DNA from: Clostridia bacterium
GTDB lineage: Bacteria > Bacillota > Clostridia > Monoglobales > Monoglobaceae
Direction: 5' to 3'
DNA length: 64,000 nucleotides
Assembly (NCBI GenBank): GCA_045592585.1
Contig: JAZNVB010000026.1
Coordinates: 7,849-71,848, forward strand
A program made the position numbers and the translations under genes. Positions 36,701-45,790 of the stretch are shown in pieces; position 1 is the stretch's first letter, and each line of letters opens with the position of its first letter. The notes below the pieces were generated by a model. That model worked only from the letters and a program-made list of their open reading frames with translations, was not told the origin of the DNA and did not search any database.

Positions 36701-37933
36701 ATGAGGGTAAAATCTCCGTTTAGACTGTTTGTTGCAATACTTGTTTTACTTATAGTGCTGTATGTGGGCTTTCAGGGGGCGGTTTCGCTTATTACGGGAC
36801 AGCCTATGAAGTTTGGGTTCAGTTCGTGGACGTCCCATGGCGAGCAGGTGCAGGATTTTGTTGTTGCCGGTGTTGATGAGGAAGGCTATCGAACAGACCT
36901 GATACTCTTTTGCAGATATAATATGGCAGATGACTCCATAAATGTTTTGCAAATTCCACGTGATACCAGAATTGAAAATGAAAGAAATGATAAAAAAATC
37001 AACTCGGCTTACGGAAGCCCTGAAAAAGAACAGACTCTATTTGATGAGATAGAGAGTGTTATAGGAATCCGTCCCGAAAAATCGGTAATTGTAAGCTTTA
37101 AAGCATTTCGTGAAATAATAGATGCAATCGGCGGTGTTGAAATTGATGTTCCAATAAGAATGTACTATCACGACCCCTTTCAAAATCTGAATATTGACTT
37201 ATATCCGGGCGTACAGTTGCTGGATGGAAAACGTGCCGAGATGTTTATGAGGTTTCGCCAGAATGATGATGGCAGTGGCTATCCAAACGGCGATATTGAC
37301 CGCATAGCAGCGCAAAAAGTCTTTTATCAGGCGGCGTTCAGCAAGCTCCTCAGCGGTAGTACAATCCTTAAGGCACCTAAAATTATAGGTGTTTTGACTC
37401 AAAATATAAAAACAGATTTCACGGTAGGTGAAATGGCGAACTATATGGGCAGACTCCCCCGATTCAGTATGGACAAGGTTAAAATTCATACACTTCCTGG
37501 CGAGGGTGGTTACGATAACAATGGCGTTTCGTACTTTTTCCATGACAAAGAAGCGACTATGACGTTAATAAAAGAGCACTTCACTCCGCAAGAGGGTGTG
37601 GTGGAGAGCGAAATAAAGGGTTCGTTAAAAAATCGCTTTATTAAGGTTCGGATTATTGATGCAACAGGTCTTGACCCTGAAACTGCCGATATAATGGCGG
37701 TGGTTAAGAAAACCCTTACCGACTGTGGCTTTAATGTTGTTGCAACCGAGAGGAGTGACAGAATTTCAGACACCTCGGTGATAATAAGCCACAACAAAAA
37801 ACGTGCAGCGGTTGATGTTCAAAAGGTTTACCAGAGTGTTCCTGTCAGAGACAGCATTGAGGAACACCTTACTGACGATGAGGGTAAAAAGGCAGATGTT
37901 ACTATCAAAATGGGTACAGATTTTGTGTTTTAA
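36701..37933 (+). CDS. LCP (LytR-CpsA-Psr) family protein with a LytR_C-like tail
   Basis: N-terminal TM segment, TDLILFCRYN...VLQIPRDT, and a C-terminal domain. Confidence 0.8.
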   Translation: MRVKSPFRLFVAILVLLIVLYVGFQGAVSLITGQPMKFGFSSWTSHGEQVQDFVVAGVDEEGYRTDLILFCRYNMADDSINVLQIPRDTRIENERNDKKINSAYGSPEKEQTLFDEIESVIGIRPEKSVIVSFKAFREIIDAIGGVEIDVPIRMYYHDPFQNLNIDLYPGVQLLDGKRAEMFMRFRQNDDGSGYPNGDIDRIAAQKVFYQAAFSKLLSGSTILKAPKIIGVLTQNIKTDFTVGEMANYMGRLPRFSMDKVKIHTLPGEGGYDNNGVSYFFHDKEATMTLIKEHFTPQEGVVESEIKGSLKNRFIKVRIIDATGLDPETADIMAVVKKTLTDCGFNVVATERSDRISDTSVIISHNKKRAAVDVQKVYQSVPVRDSIEEHLTDDEGKKADVTIKMGTDFVF

Positions 37934-37939
37934 AGGATA

Positions 37940-38120
37940 GGAGATATAACGTGAAAAATCACGTTAATCACTATATTTAAATTGCACCGTCGAAATTTTC
38001 GCACAAAGTGCGAAACGACGATGTGCGTAATCTCCATTTCACGTCTTATCTCGCCCACGGATAAGAGACAGGGGATTTAAAATATAATCATTTGTGGGCG
38101 GAAAGACTATGGAGATTAAT
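37940..38120 (+). ncRNA. Structured SD-to-SD cassette, unit C (monomer upstream of rsfS)
   Basis: - Opening SD: GGAGAT 37940-45.
- P1: AACGTGA 37948-54 with TCACGTT 37959-65.
- P2: GCAC 37984-87, CGTCG 37988-92, TTTCGCAC/GTGCGAAA, CGACG 38016-20, bulge AT, GTGC 38023-26.
- P3: TCTTATC 38044-50 with GATAAGA 38060-66.
- Pseudoknot: CGCCCAC 38052-58 with GTGGGCG 38094-100.
- SD helix: TAATCTCCAT 38028-37 with ATGGAGATTA 38109-18. Confidence 0.75.
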
Positions 38121-38483
38121 ATGAGTTGTGAAAATAATTATGTAAATACGGCGGTTAAAGCAATAGACAGCAAAAAAGGCAAGGAGATAACTGTTCTCAG
38201 CCTTAGCGAGCTTACCACATTGACAAGTTATTTTGTTATTGCAACCGGCGGCTCAAACAAAAATGTTCAGGCAATCTGTGACGAGGTTGAGGAAAAGATG
38301 CGTGATGCCGGGGCAAAGCTCTGGAACAAAGAGGGCTATGACAGCGGCGAATGGATACTGCTTAACTATGATGATGTTATGGTGCATATCTTCCAAAGTG
38401 AAACCCGCGAATTTTACAAGCTTGAACACATCTGGAAGGATGCGCCCTCAGTGGATGTTGATGATTTAATTCAGGAAGACTAA
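38121..38483 (+). CDS. rsfS: Ribosome silencing factor RsfS
   Basis: The pattern LSLSELTTLTSYFVIATGGSNKNVQAI...YDDVMVHIF is typical of RsfS. ATG 38121 lies 6 nt after GGAG. The track start at 38094 lies inside the cassette. Confidence 0.9.
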   Translation: MSCENNYVNTAVKAIDSKKGKEITVLSLSELTTLTSYFVIATGGSNKNVQAICDEVEEKMRDAGAKLWNKEGYDSGEWILLNYDDVMVHIFQSETREFYKLEHIWKDAPSVDVDDLIQED

Positions 38484-38507
38484 TAAAACCGAAAGGATTG
38501 ATTATAA

Positions 38508-40922
38508 ATGAAATACGATTTTAAAGCAATTGAAGGAAAGTGGCAAAAGTACTGGGACGAAAACAAGACTTTTGAGGCGTCAAATACCGATAAATCAAAA
38601 CCCAAGTTTTATGGTCTTGTAGAATTCCCCTATCCGTCAGGACATGGTCTGCACGTAGGCCATCCCCGTGGCTATACCGCTATTGACATTGTAACCCGTA
38701 AGAAGAGATTAGAGGGCTATAATGTTTTGTTCCCTATGGGTTGGGATGCATTTGGCTTGCCCACCGAGAACTTTGCTATAAAAAATAACATTCATCCTGC
38801 TGTTGTTACCGAAAAAAATGTTGAAAACTTTAAAAGACAGCTCAAAATGCTGGGCTTTGGTTTTGACTGGTCAAGAGAGATAAACACCACAGACCCCAAT
38901 TATTACAAATGGACACAGTGGATTTTCCTTAAACTCTTTGAGAAGGGTCTTGCTTATAAAACAAAGATGCCTATTAACTTCTGTACCGGCTGTAAAGTAG
39001 GTCTTGCCAACGAAGAGGTTGTAAACGGTGTTTGTGAACGTTGCGGCAGCGAGGTAGTGCAAAAGGAAAAGAGCCAGTGGATGCTCAAAATTACCGAGTA
39101 TGCACAACGTCTTATTGACGACCTTGCAGATGTTGATTATATCGAAAGAGTAAAGGTTCAGCAAACAAACTGGATTGGTCGGTCAGAGGGTGCCGAGGTA
39201 GACTTTAAAATCAAGGGTACCGACGATAAAATCCGTGTTTACACAACACGTCCCGACACACTTTTTGGTGCTACATATATGGTACTTGCACCCGAACACC
39301 CCTATGTTGAAAAATACAAGGATATGATCGAAAACTATGCGGAGGTTGAGGCATATAAGGCAGAAGCCGCTAAAAAGAGTGACTTTGAAAGAGCCGAGCT
39401 TGACAAGAATAAAACCGGTGTTATGCTGAAGGGCATAACTGCAATAGACCCCGTAAACAATGCTGAAATTCCCATCTGGATTTCGGACTATGTGCTTGTT
39501 ACCTACGGAACAGGCGCAATTATGGCAGTTCCTGCACACGACACCCGTGACTGGGAATTTGCAAAGAAATTTGATATGCCAATCATCGAGGTTGTTGCCG
39601 GCGGCGAGGATGTACAAAAAGAAGCCTTCACCGATGTTGAAACAGGCGTAATGGTAAATTCAGGATTCCTTACGGGTATGCAGGTTGAGGATGCAAAGAA
39701 AGCAATTATTGATTTCCTTGAAAAAGAGGGCATAGGCAAACGCAAGGTTAACTTTAAGCTCCGTGACTGGGTATTTTCACGTCAGCGTTACTGGGGCGAA
39801 CCCATTCCGCTGGTTAACTGTCCTCATTGCGGTTGGGTGGCACTTCCCGAGAGCGAGCTTCCCTTGCAGCTTCCCGATACCAAGAACTTTGAACCGGGCG
39901 AGTCGGGTGAATCACCGCTGATTAAAATCAGGGATTGGGTTGAAACAACCTGTCCCAAGTGCGGCGGCAAGGCAGAACGCGAAACCGACACTATGCCACA
40001 GTGGGCAGGCTCTTCCTGGTATTTCTTAAGATATATTGACCCCAACAATTCCGATTTCCTTGCAGGAATGGAGGAGCTTAAGTATTGGCTCCCTATCGAC
40101 TGGTATAACGGTGGTATGGAGCACACAACTCTTCACCTTCTTTACTCAAGATTCTGGCACAAGTTCCTTTATGATATTGGCGTTGTTCCAACTAAAGAAC
40201 CCTATCAAAAGAGAACTTCACACGGTATGATTCTGGGTGAAAACGGCGAAAAGATGTCAAAATCAAGGGGCAATGTAATTAACCCCGATGATGTTGTTAA
40301 TGAATATGGTGCCGACACATTCAGAACCTATGAAATGTTTATCGGTGCCTTTGACCAGGCAACTCCCTGGTCTATGAATGGTGTTAAGGGTTGTTATAAA
40401 TTCCTTGAAAGAGTTTGGAATCTGCAGAACATTCTTGTTGATGGTGACAGCTATTCAAAAGAGCTTGAAACTGCCCTGCACAAGACAATTAAAAAGGTAA
40501 CAGACGATTATGACAGAATGAAGTTCAACACCGGTATTGCGGCACTTATGTCATTTATCAATGATGTAATGAAGGTTGAAAAGATTAACAAGGCTGAATT
40601 TAAGACATTTATTACACTTCTTAACCCTGTTGCACCCCACATCACCGAGGAGCTGTGGCAGGTTGCAGGCTTTGAAGGTGCGTTGTCTGATACATTATGG
40701 CCTGAGTATGATGAAGCAAAAACCGTTGATGATGAGGTAGAGGTTGTTGTTCAGATTAACGGCAAAATTCGTGACAAGATGATGATTGCGGCAGACCTTA
40801 CACCTCAGCAGATGCAGGAAGCGGCATTAGAAAATGACAGAATTAAAGAGCTGACCGAGGGCAAACAGATTGTAAAGGTTATTGCTGTTCCTAAAAAGCT
40901 TATCAACATTGTGGTGAAATAG
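38508..40922 (+). CDS. leuS: Leucine--tRNA ligase
   Basis: [12 protein letters not shown] (HIGH) and KMSKSRGN (KMSKS) motifs. 804 aa. Confidence 0.97.
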   Translation: MKYDFKAIEGKWQKYWDENKTFEASNTDKSKPKFYGLVEFPYPSGHGLHVGHPRGYTAIDIVTRKKRLEGYNVLFPMGWDAFGLPTENFAIKNNIHPAVVTEKNVENFKRQLKMLGFGFDWSREINTTDPNYYKWTQWIFLKLFEKGLAYKTKMPINFCTGCKVGLANEEVVNGVCERCGSEVVQKEKSQWMLKITEYAQRLIDDLADVDYIERVKVQQTNWIGRSEGAEVDFKIKGTDDKIRVYTTRPDTLFGATYMVLAPEHPYVEKYKDMIENYAEVEAYKAEAAKKSDFERAELDKNKTGVMLKGITAIDPVNNAEIPIWISDYVLVTYGTGAIMAVPAHDTRDWEFAKKFDMPIIEVVAGGEDVQKEAFTDVETGVMVNSGFLTGMQVEDAKKAIIDFLEKEGIGKRKVNFKLRDWVFSRQRYWGEPIPLVNCPHCGWVALPESELPLQLPDTKNFEPGESGESPLIKIRDWVETTCPKCGGKAERETDTMPQWAGSSWYFLRYIDPNNSDFLAGMEELKYWLPIDWYNGGMEHTTLHLLYSRFWHKFLYDIGVVPTKEPYQKRTSHGMILGENGEKMSKSRGNVINPDDVVNEYGADTFRTYEMFIGAFDQATPWSMNGVKGCYKFLERVWNLQNILVDGDSYSKELETALHKTIKKVTDDYDRMKFNTGIAALMSFINDVMKVEKINKAEFKTFITLLNPVAPHITEELWQVAGFEGALSDTLWPEYDEAKTVDDEVEVVVQINGKIRDKMMIAADLTPQQMQEAALENDRIKELTEGKQIVKVIAVPKKLINIVVK

Positions 40923-40924
40923 CT

Positions 40925-41509
40925 ATGAGTGCAAAACAGGAATTTATTGAAATTTATCAGAAATATATCAAACGAGAGGGAGCTGAAAAGCTCCTTGCTC
41001 ATCTTATGTCACCATCAAGTGATTTCTTTGCTGCGCCGGCAAGCACACGCTTCCACGGTGCATACGAGGGAGGACTTGTGGAGCATAGTCTTAACGTTTA
41101 TGAGTGCCTGCGTGATTATATGGACCGGGAACGTGTAAAAGAGCTTTACGGCTTAGAGGCAAGTGATGAAACTATTGCAATTGTTGCTCTTCTTCATGAC
41201 CTTTGCAAAATGAACTTTTACAAGCCCGGCTTTCGCAACGTGAAGGATGACAATGGTGTGTGGCAAAAGGTTCCAACTTACGAAATTGATGACAAACTTC
41301 CATATGGCCACGGCGAAAAGTCGGTATATATAATATCGGGCTTTATGCGGCTGACCAGGGAAGAAGCATTTGCAATAAGATATCATATGGGATTTTCGGG
41401 CACCGAGGAGCCAAGGAATGTGGGCGCAGCTTTTGAAATGTTCCCATTGGCGTTTGCTTTGTCAACCGCCGATATGGAGGCTACATATTTCCTTGAAGGC
41501 AAGGAGTGA
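40925..41509 (+). CDS. HD-domain phosphohydrolase (uncharacterised)
   Basis: HGAYEGGLVEHSLNV and LLHDLCK motifs. Confidence 0.7.
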   Translation: MSAKQEFIEIYQKYIKREGAEKLLAHLMSPSSDFFAAPASTRFHGAYEGGLVEHSLNVYECLRDYMDRERVKELYGLEASDETIAIVALLHDLCKMNFYKPGFRNVKDDNGVWQKVPTYEIDDKLPYGHGEKSVYIISGFMRLTREEAFAIRYHMGFSGTEEPRNVGAAFEMFPLAFALSTADMEATYFLEGKE

Positions 41510-41515
41510 TATTAA

Positions 41516-43393
41516 ATGAAAGACGGATTTATCAAGGTTGCAGCAGCAACACCTGAAATTACCGTAAACAGCACCAAGAAAAACAGCGAAAATATAATAA
41601 AACAGATAAACGAAGCGGCATCAAACGGCGCTAAAATTGTTGTGTTTCCCGAGCTTTGTATAACGGGGTATACTGTTGGCGATTTGGTTTTTCAAAGTAC
41701 TGCGGTTAAACGTGCGGCAAATGCATTAACCGAAATTCTTGATGCAACCAAAACTTTGGATGTTCTCTTTGCTGTTGGTTTGCCACTTTTGGTTGACGAC
41801 AAATTACACAACGTTGCGGCTGTTTGCAAGGGTGGCAAGGTTCTGGGCTTTGTTCCCAAAACCAACCTTCCCAATTATGGCGAATACCGCGAGGCAAGAT
41901 TTTATAACAAGCCATCAAAGACTGTTATGGTAGAATTTAATGGTGCAGATGTTCCCTGCGGCACAAAGTTAATCTTTTGTGCAAATGGAATGGAAAGCTT
42001 GCGTATTTCCTGCGAAATCTGTGAGGATATGTGGGTGGCAATTCCGCCGTCGACCCATCACGCCCTAAACGGCGCAAATGTGATACTCAATTTGTCGGCA
42101 AGCGGCGAAACAACAGGAAAATCAGATGTCCGTAAAACTCATCTTTCGTCACTTTCTCTTCGGACAATGACGGCGTATATTTATGCCGATGCCGGCGAGG
42201 GCGAATCTACAACCGATCTGGTTTTTGGCGGCAATAATATGATTTATGAATGCGGCAAAAAGATTGCCGAGGCAACGTTGTTTGAAAACGGCATAACATA
42301 CGGTGTTCTTGATCTTGAAAAAACAAGCCTGATGCGTCGCAAAATGACCACCTTTGTTCCTGAATATGATGAAGAATATAAAAGAATTTATTTTGATATA
42401 GAAACTACCGAAACAAAGCCCGAAAACGTAAACCCCCATCCTTTTATTCCAAAGGATGATGCACGGCTTAAGGAACGCTGCGAAAGTATTCTCAAAATGC
42501 AGTGTGCAGGACTTCGCAAAAGGATAAAACACATAGGTTTAAAAACCGTAACTTTAGGGGTTTCGGGCGGTCTTGACAGTACTCTGGCATTGCTGGTGAC
42601 GGCAAAAACCTTTGATGGTTTAGGCCTTGACCGCAATGGTATTATTGCTGTAACAATGCCTTGCTTTGGCACAACCGACAGAACTTATAATAACTCTAAA
42701 AGATTGGCGGATGCTATGGGTGTAACCTTGCGCGAGGTATCAATTGCCAAATCTGTAACTCAGCATCTTGAGGATATTGGTGCCTCAATTGACGAACACG
42801 ACGTAACCTATGAAAATGCTCAGGCAAGAGAAAGAACACAGGTGCTTATGGATATATCAAATAAAACCGGTGGAATTGTTGTGGGCACGGGCGATTTATC
42901 CGAGCTTGCTCTGGGTTTTGCCACCTACAACGGCGACCATATGTCTATGTATGGGGTAAATGCTTCTGTTCCTAAAACCCTGATGCGTTCATTGGTTAAG
43001 TATGTGGCGGATGGGATTGGCGGAGAACTGAAGGATATACTGTATGACATTCTCGATACACCGGTCAGCCCGGAACTTTTGCCCCCTGATGAAGGTGCAA
43101 TAAAGCAGAAGACCGAGGATATAGTTGGCCCATACGAAATTCACGATTTTGTGATTTATAACTATGTAAGATTTGGATTCAGCAAAAATAAAATACAAAG
43201 GCTTGCCGAGTCGGCGTTTGAGGGCGTGTATACCAAGGAAACCATCGAAAAATGGCATAACTTGTTTTACAGGAGATTTTTCAATAATCAGTTCAAACGT
43301 TCTGCTGTGCCCGACAGCCCCAAGGTGGGAACCGTTTCACTTTCGCCAAGAGGTGATTGGGTGATGCCATCTGATGCTGTATTTGAAGAATAA
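41516..43393 (+). CDS. nadE: Glutamine-dependent NAD+ synthetase (long form, CN-hydrolase plus NAD synthase domains)
   Basis: An N-terminal nitrilase-like domain (FPELCITGY ... CEICEDMW) and a C-terminal GVSGGLDST PP-loop. Confidence 0.9.
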   Translation: MKDGFIKVAAATPEITVNSTKKNSENIIKQINEAASNGAKIVVFPELCITGYTVGDLVFQSTAVKRAANALTEILDATKTLDVLFAVGLPLLVDDKLHNVAAVCKGGKVLGFVPKTNLPNYGEYREARFYNKPSKTVMVEFNGADVPCGTKLIFCANGMESLRISCEICEDMWVAIPPSTHHALNGANVILNLSASGETTGKSDVRKTHLSSLSLRTMTAYIYADAGEGESTTDLVFGGNNMIYECGKKIAEATLFENGITYGVLDLEKTSLMRRKMTTFVPEYDEEYKRIYFDIETTETKPENVNPHPFIPKDDARLKERCESILKMQCAGLRKRIKHIGLKTVTLGVSGGLDSTLALLVTAKTFDGLGLDRNGIIAVTMPCFGTTDRTYNNSKRLADAMGVTLREVSIAKSVTQHLEDIGASIDEHDVTYENAQARERTQVLMDISNKTGGIVVGTGDLSELALGFATYNGDHMSMYGVNASVPKTLMRSLVKYVADGIGGELKDILYDILDTPVSPELLPPDEGAIKQKTEDIVGPYEIHDFVIYNYVRFGFSKNKIQRLAESAFEGVYTKETIEKWHNLFYRRFFNNQFKRSAVPDSPKVGTVSLSPRGDWVMPSDAVFEE

Positions 43394-43399
43394 TATATC

Positions 43400-43424
43400 G
43401 GGCGGATTAACTCCGCCCATTTTT
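43400..43424 (+). terminator. Intrinsic terminator after nadE
   Basis: GGGCGGA-ttaac-TCCGCCC followed by ATTTTT. Confidence 0.7.
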
Positions 43425-43438
43425 GCAGGAGAAGACAG

Positions 43439-44038
43439 ATGCTTCATATTAAAGAAACAATCATTGTTGAAGGCAAGTTCGACAAAGAACAGCTTAAAAA
43501 GGTTACTGATGCCCCTATAATCTGCACCGGTGGTTTCAGCCTTTACACCAACAAAAATATAATAAATTCCATACGCCGTATGGCAGAAAAAACAGGAATA
43601 ATAATCCTTACCGACTCCGATAGTGCCGGCTTTCGCATACGCAATTACATCAGACAATGCGTTGGCAGTTGCGGAACGGTAAAGCACGCATATATTCCGT
43701 CGGTAAAGGGCAAGGAACGCCGCAAGGAAACGGCGGGAAAAGAGGGCTTGCTGGGCGTTGAGGGTATGACGGAAAAACTTTTATCGCAAATTCTGCAAGG
43801 CGTTACCGAGGTTGACGAGCCTCTGCCCCGAAAGCCGGAAGAGGTTATAACAAAAGCGGTTTTTTATGAAGATGGTTTCAGCGGCAAGGATGACAGTCAG
43901 GAAAAAAGAATTGCTTTGGCAAGAGAGCTGGGCCTCCCTGTGCGAATTTCCGCAAATGCAATGATTGATGTGCTGAACACGGCGTTTTCTTATGAGGAAT
44001 ATGAACAGGCGGTAAAAAAAGTCAATAAGATCTATTGA
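43439..44038 (+). CDS. Toprim-domain protein, RNase M5-like (DUF4093-type)
   Basis: IIVEGKFDK...IIILTDSDSAGFRIRNYI Toprim signature. Confidence 0.7.
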   Translation: MLHIKETIIVEGKFDKEQLKKVTDAPIICTGGFSLYTNKNIINSIRRMAEKTGIIILTDSDSAGFRIRNYIRQCVGSCGTVKHAYIPSVKGKERRKETAGKEGLLGVEGMTEKLLSQILQGVTEVDEPLPRKPEEVITKAVFYEDGFSGKDDSQEKRIALARELGLPVRISANAMIDVLNTAFSYEEYEQAVKKVNKIY

Positions 44039-44451
44039 AAATTGAAATAGCCAGATACAAGCAAGATAAAAAAATAAATGATAAACATATATTTTTTCTT
44101 TAATTGATTTTCAATAATTTCTATTATATTTTTATTACAAATAATGTCTATTATTAAAAATAAAGAATAAAGAGAAATAGCTAAAAAAAGAGGAATAGAT
44201 AGTACATTATATTTTGTTGCTGAAACAAGGTCTAATTTTAAAATGGAAATAAACCCTCTTGTAAGACCGCATCCAAAGCAGGAAAAACCCAACAAGTTTT
44301 TAATAGGACAAAGAGAAACAGAAAAAATTTTTGTCAAAACATAAAGCGGAACAAAAAAGATAAACCCTACAATCAAGGAATGCAGGGCTTGTCTTTTTTT
44401 GTTTGACAAAGTTTTATACCAACGGATATCCATAACTGTCTCTGAATCCAC
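44032..44451 (-). CDS. DUF2752-family membrane protein
   Basis: CPIKNLLGFSCFGCGLTRG motif. Start is uncertain because it overlaps the upstream gene's 3' end. Confidence 0.7.
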   Translation of the reverse strand: MDSETVMDIRWYKTLSNKKRQALHSLIVGFIFFVPLYVLTKIFSVSLCPIKNLLGFSCFGCGLTRGFISILKLDLVSATKYNVLSIPLFLAISLYSLFLIIDIICNKNIIEIIENQLKKKYMFIIYFFILLVSGYFNFQ

Positions 44452-44857
44452 CGGATAAAATAGAAATTAAATCTATTATAGTGCCGATGCCACATATTCC
44501 GTATGTAAAGAAATGAAGAACACCACTGCCTACTTTACCTACATACATTCTGTGAAGACCTCCGATACCAAGGAAACCGATTAAACACAAAATTAATGCA
44601 ACTGTCTTGCTTTTTCTTGGCCCAACACCAAAACCTGAATTATTATTCATATTTGTATTGGTGCTCTCGTTAGAATTCGTGATGTTAATTGTTGGTTGTC
44701 CGCCTCCTGATTGTTTTGCGTCATCAAGAACATTGCCAAGGTCTGCTTTGCAGTACATTCTGCCTTTTACCTCAACAAGACAGTCTTTACAAAAAGGTTT
44801 GCCACAGTAGGCACACATGCCTTGCGCGTCGATTTCGGGATGATTTGTACATTTCAT
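44414..44857 (-). CDS. TM2-domain protein with an N-terminal zinc-ribbon/B-box-like module
   Basis: CTNHPEIDAQGMCAYCGKPFCKDC...MYC, then the TM2 pattern LIGFLGIGGLHRMYVGKVGSGVLHFFT. Confidence 0.75.
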   Translation of the reverse strand: MKCTNHPEIDAQGMCAYCGKPFCKDCLVEVKGRMYCKADLGNVLDDAKQSGGGQPTINITNSNESTNTNMNNNSGFGVGPRKSKTVALILCLIGFLGIGGLHRMYVGKVGSGVLHFFTYGICGIGTIIDLISILSGGFRDSYGYPLV

Positions 44858-45141
44858 TTTTCATTGCCTCCATTTTGGTTATTTTCAGTTAAATAATCTT
44901 TTACTTTAAGAAATACCGACCTTGCTACAAATAATACGGTTATTCCCACAACAACACAGCTGATAAATCCACCCAGAATTAGAACAGGTATCATATTAGA
45001 AAAATTCAAATTTTCAAAGCTGAAGAGTGTTGCATTGTGTGAACCCACCATAAGTGCAATGCCGACTGTCAAGATAACACAAATTAATGATAAGATAATA
45101 AGTAACATAATTTGTGAAAAAAATGACTTATTTTTCAACAT
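44854..45141 (-). CDS. Small two-TM membrane protein, hypothetical
   Basis: Hydrophobic ORF translationally coupled (ATGA overlap) to the TM2 gene. Confidence 0.5.
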   Translation of the reverse strand: MLKNKSFFSQIMLLIILSLICVILTVGIALMVGSHNATLFSFENLNFSNMIPVLILGGFISCVVVGITVLFVARSVFLKVKDYLTENNQNGGNEK

Positions 45142-45286
45142 TATCCCTCCTAACTAGACACATTCTATCATAAAAATACATAACTGTCAATATAAAATAA
45201 AGATTTTAGTTAATGTTTTAAGGTTTTAAGTTCTGTTAATACTGATTACTGAATGATAGAATAAAATAAAGGTAGGTGTTAATGTT

Positions 45287-45643
45287 TTGAACTATAAATT
45301 GTTAGGAAACCAAATAAGGAAGTACAGAAAGGAAAAACAATATACATTAGAGCAGTTAGCTGAAAAACTTGATGTTTCAACTACCTTTATAGGGCAAATT
45401 GAAAGAGCAAAAGGGATACCGTCACTCGAAACACTTGTTAAGATAGCCAATGTTTTAGAGGTATCTACCGATAGTTTGCTTTTTGGAGATTTGAATTTAA
45501 AAGCAGGCAATAATTATTTTGTTAAGGAAGTTGAAAAACGAACAGAATCATTTACCAAAAAGGAAAAGGAAATATTGTTAAATTTCATAGAGCTTTTTGA
45601 AGAATACCGCACAGCGTCAGATAAAATAAACAAAAAAAGTTAA
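45287..45643 (+). CDS. XRE-family HTH transcriptional regulator
   Basis: LGNQIRKYRKEKQYTLEQLAEKLDVSTTFIGQIERAKGIPSLETL. Confidence 0.85.
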   Translation: MNYKLLGNQIRKYRKEKQYTLEQLAEKLDVSTTFIGQIERAKGIPSLETLVKIANVLEVSTDSLLFGDLNLKAGNNYFVKEVEKRTESFTKKEKEILLNFIELFEEYRTASDKINKKS

Positions 45644-45653
45644 TACTATATGT

Positions 45654-45688
45654 AATCTCACAGACCCAGAAGGATTTGTGAGATTTTT
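45654..45688 (+). terminator. Intrinsic terminator after the XRE gene
   Basis: AATCTCACA-14 nt-TGTGAGATT followed by TTT. Confidence 0.7.
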
Positions 45689-45790
45689 AACAATATTTCG
45701 TTTTTTACTTGCTTTTTGTTGTATTATATGCTAAAATTTAATGGTTGAAAAATGCCGCAGAAGATGCGGTTGAAAGATAGGAGAAAAACG

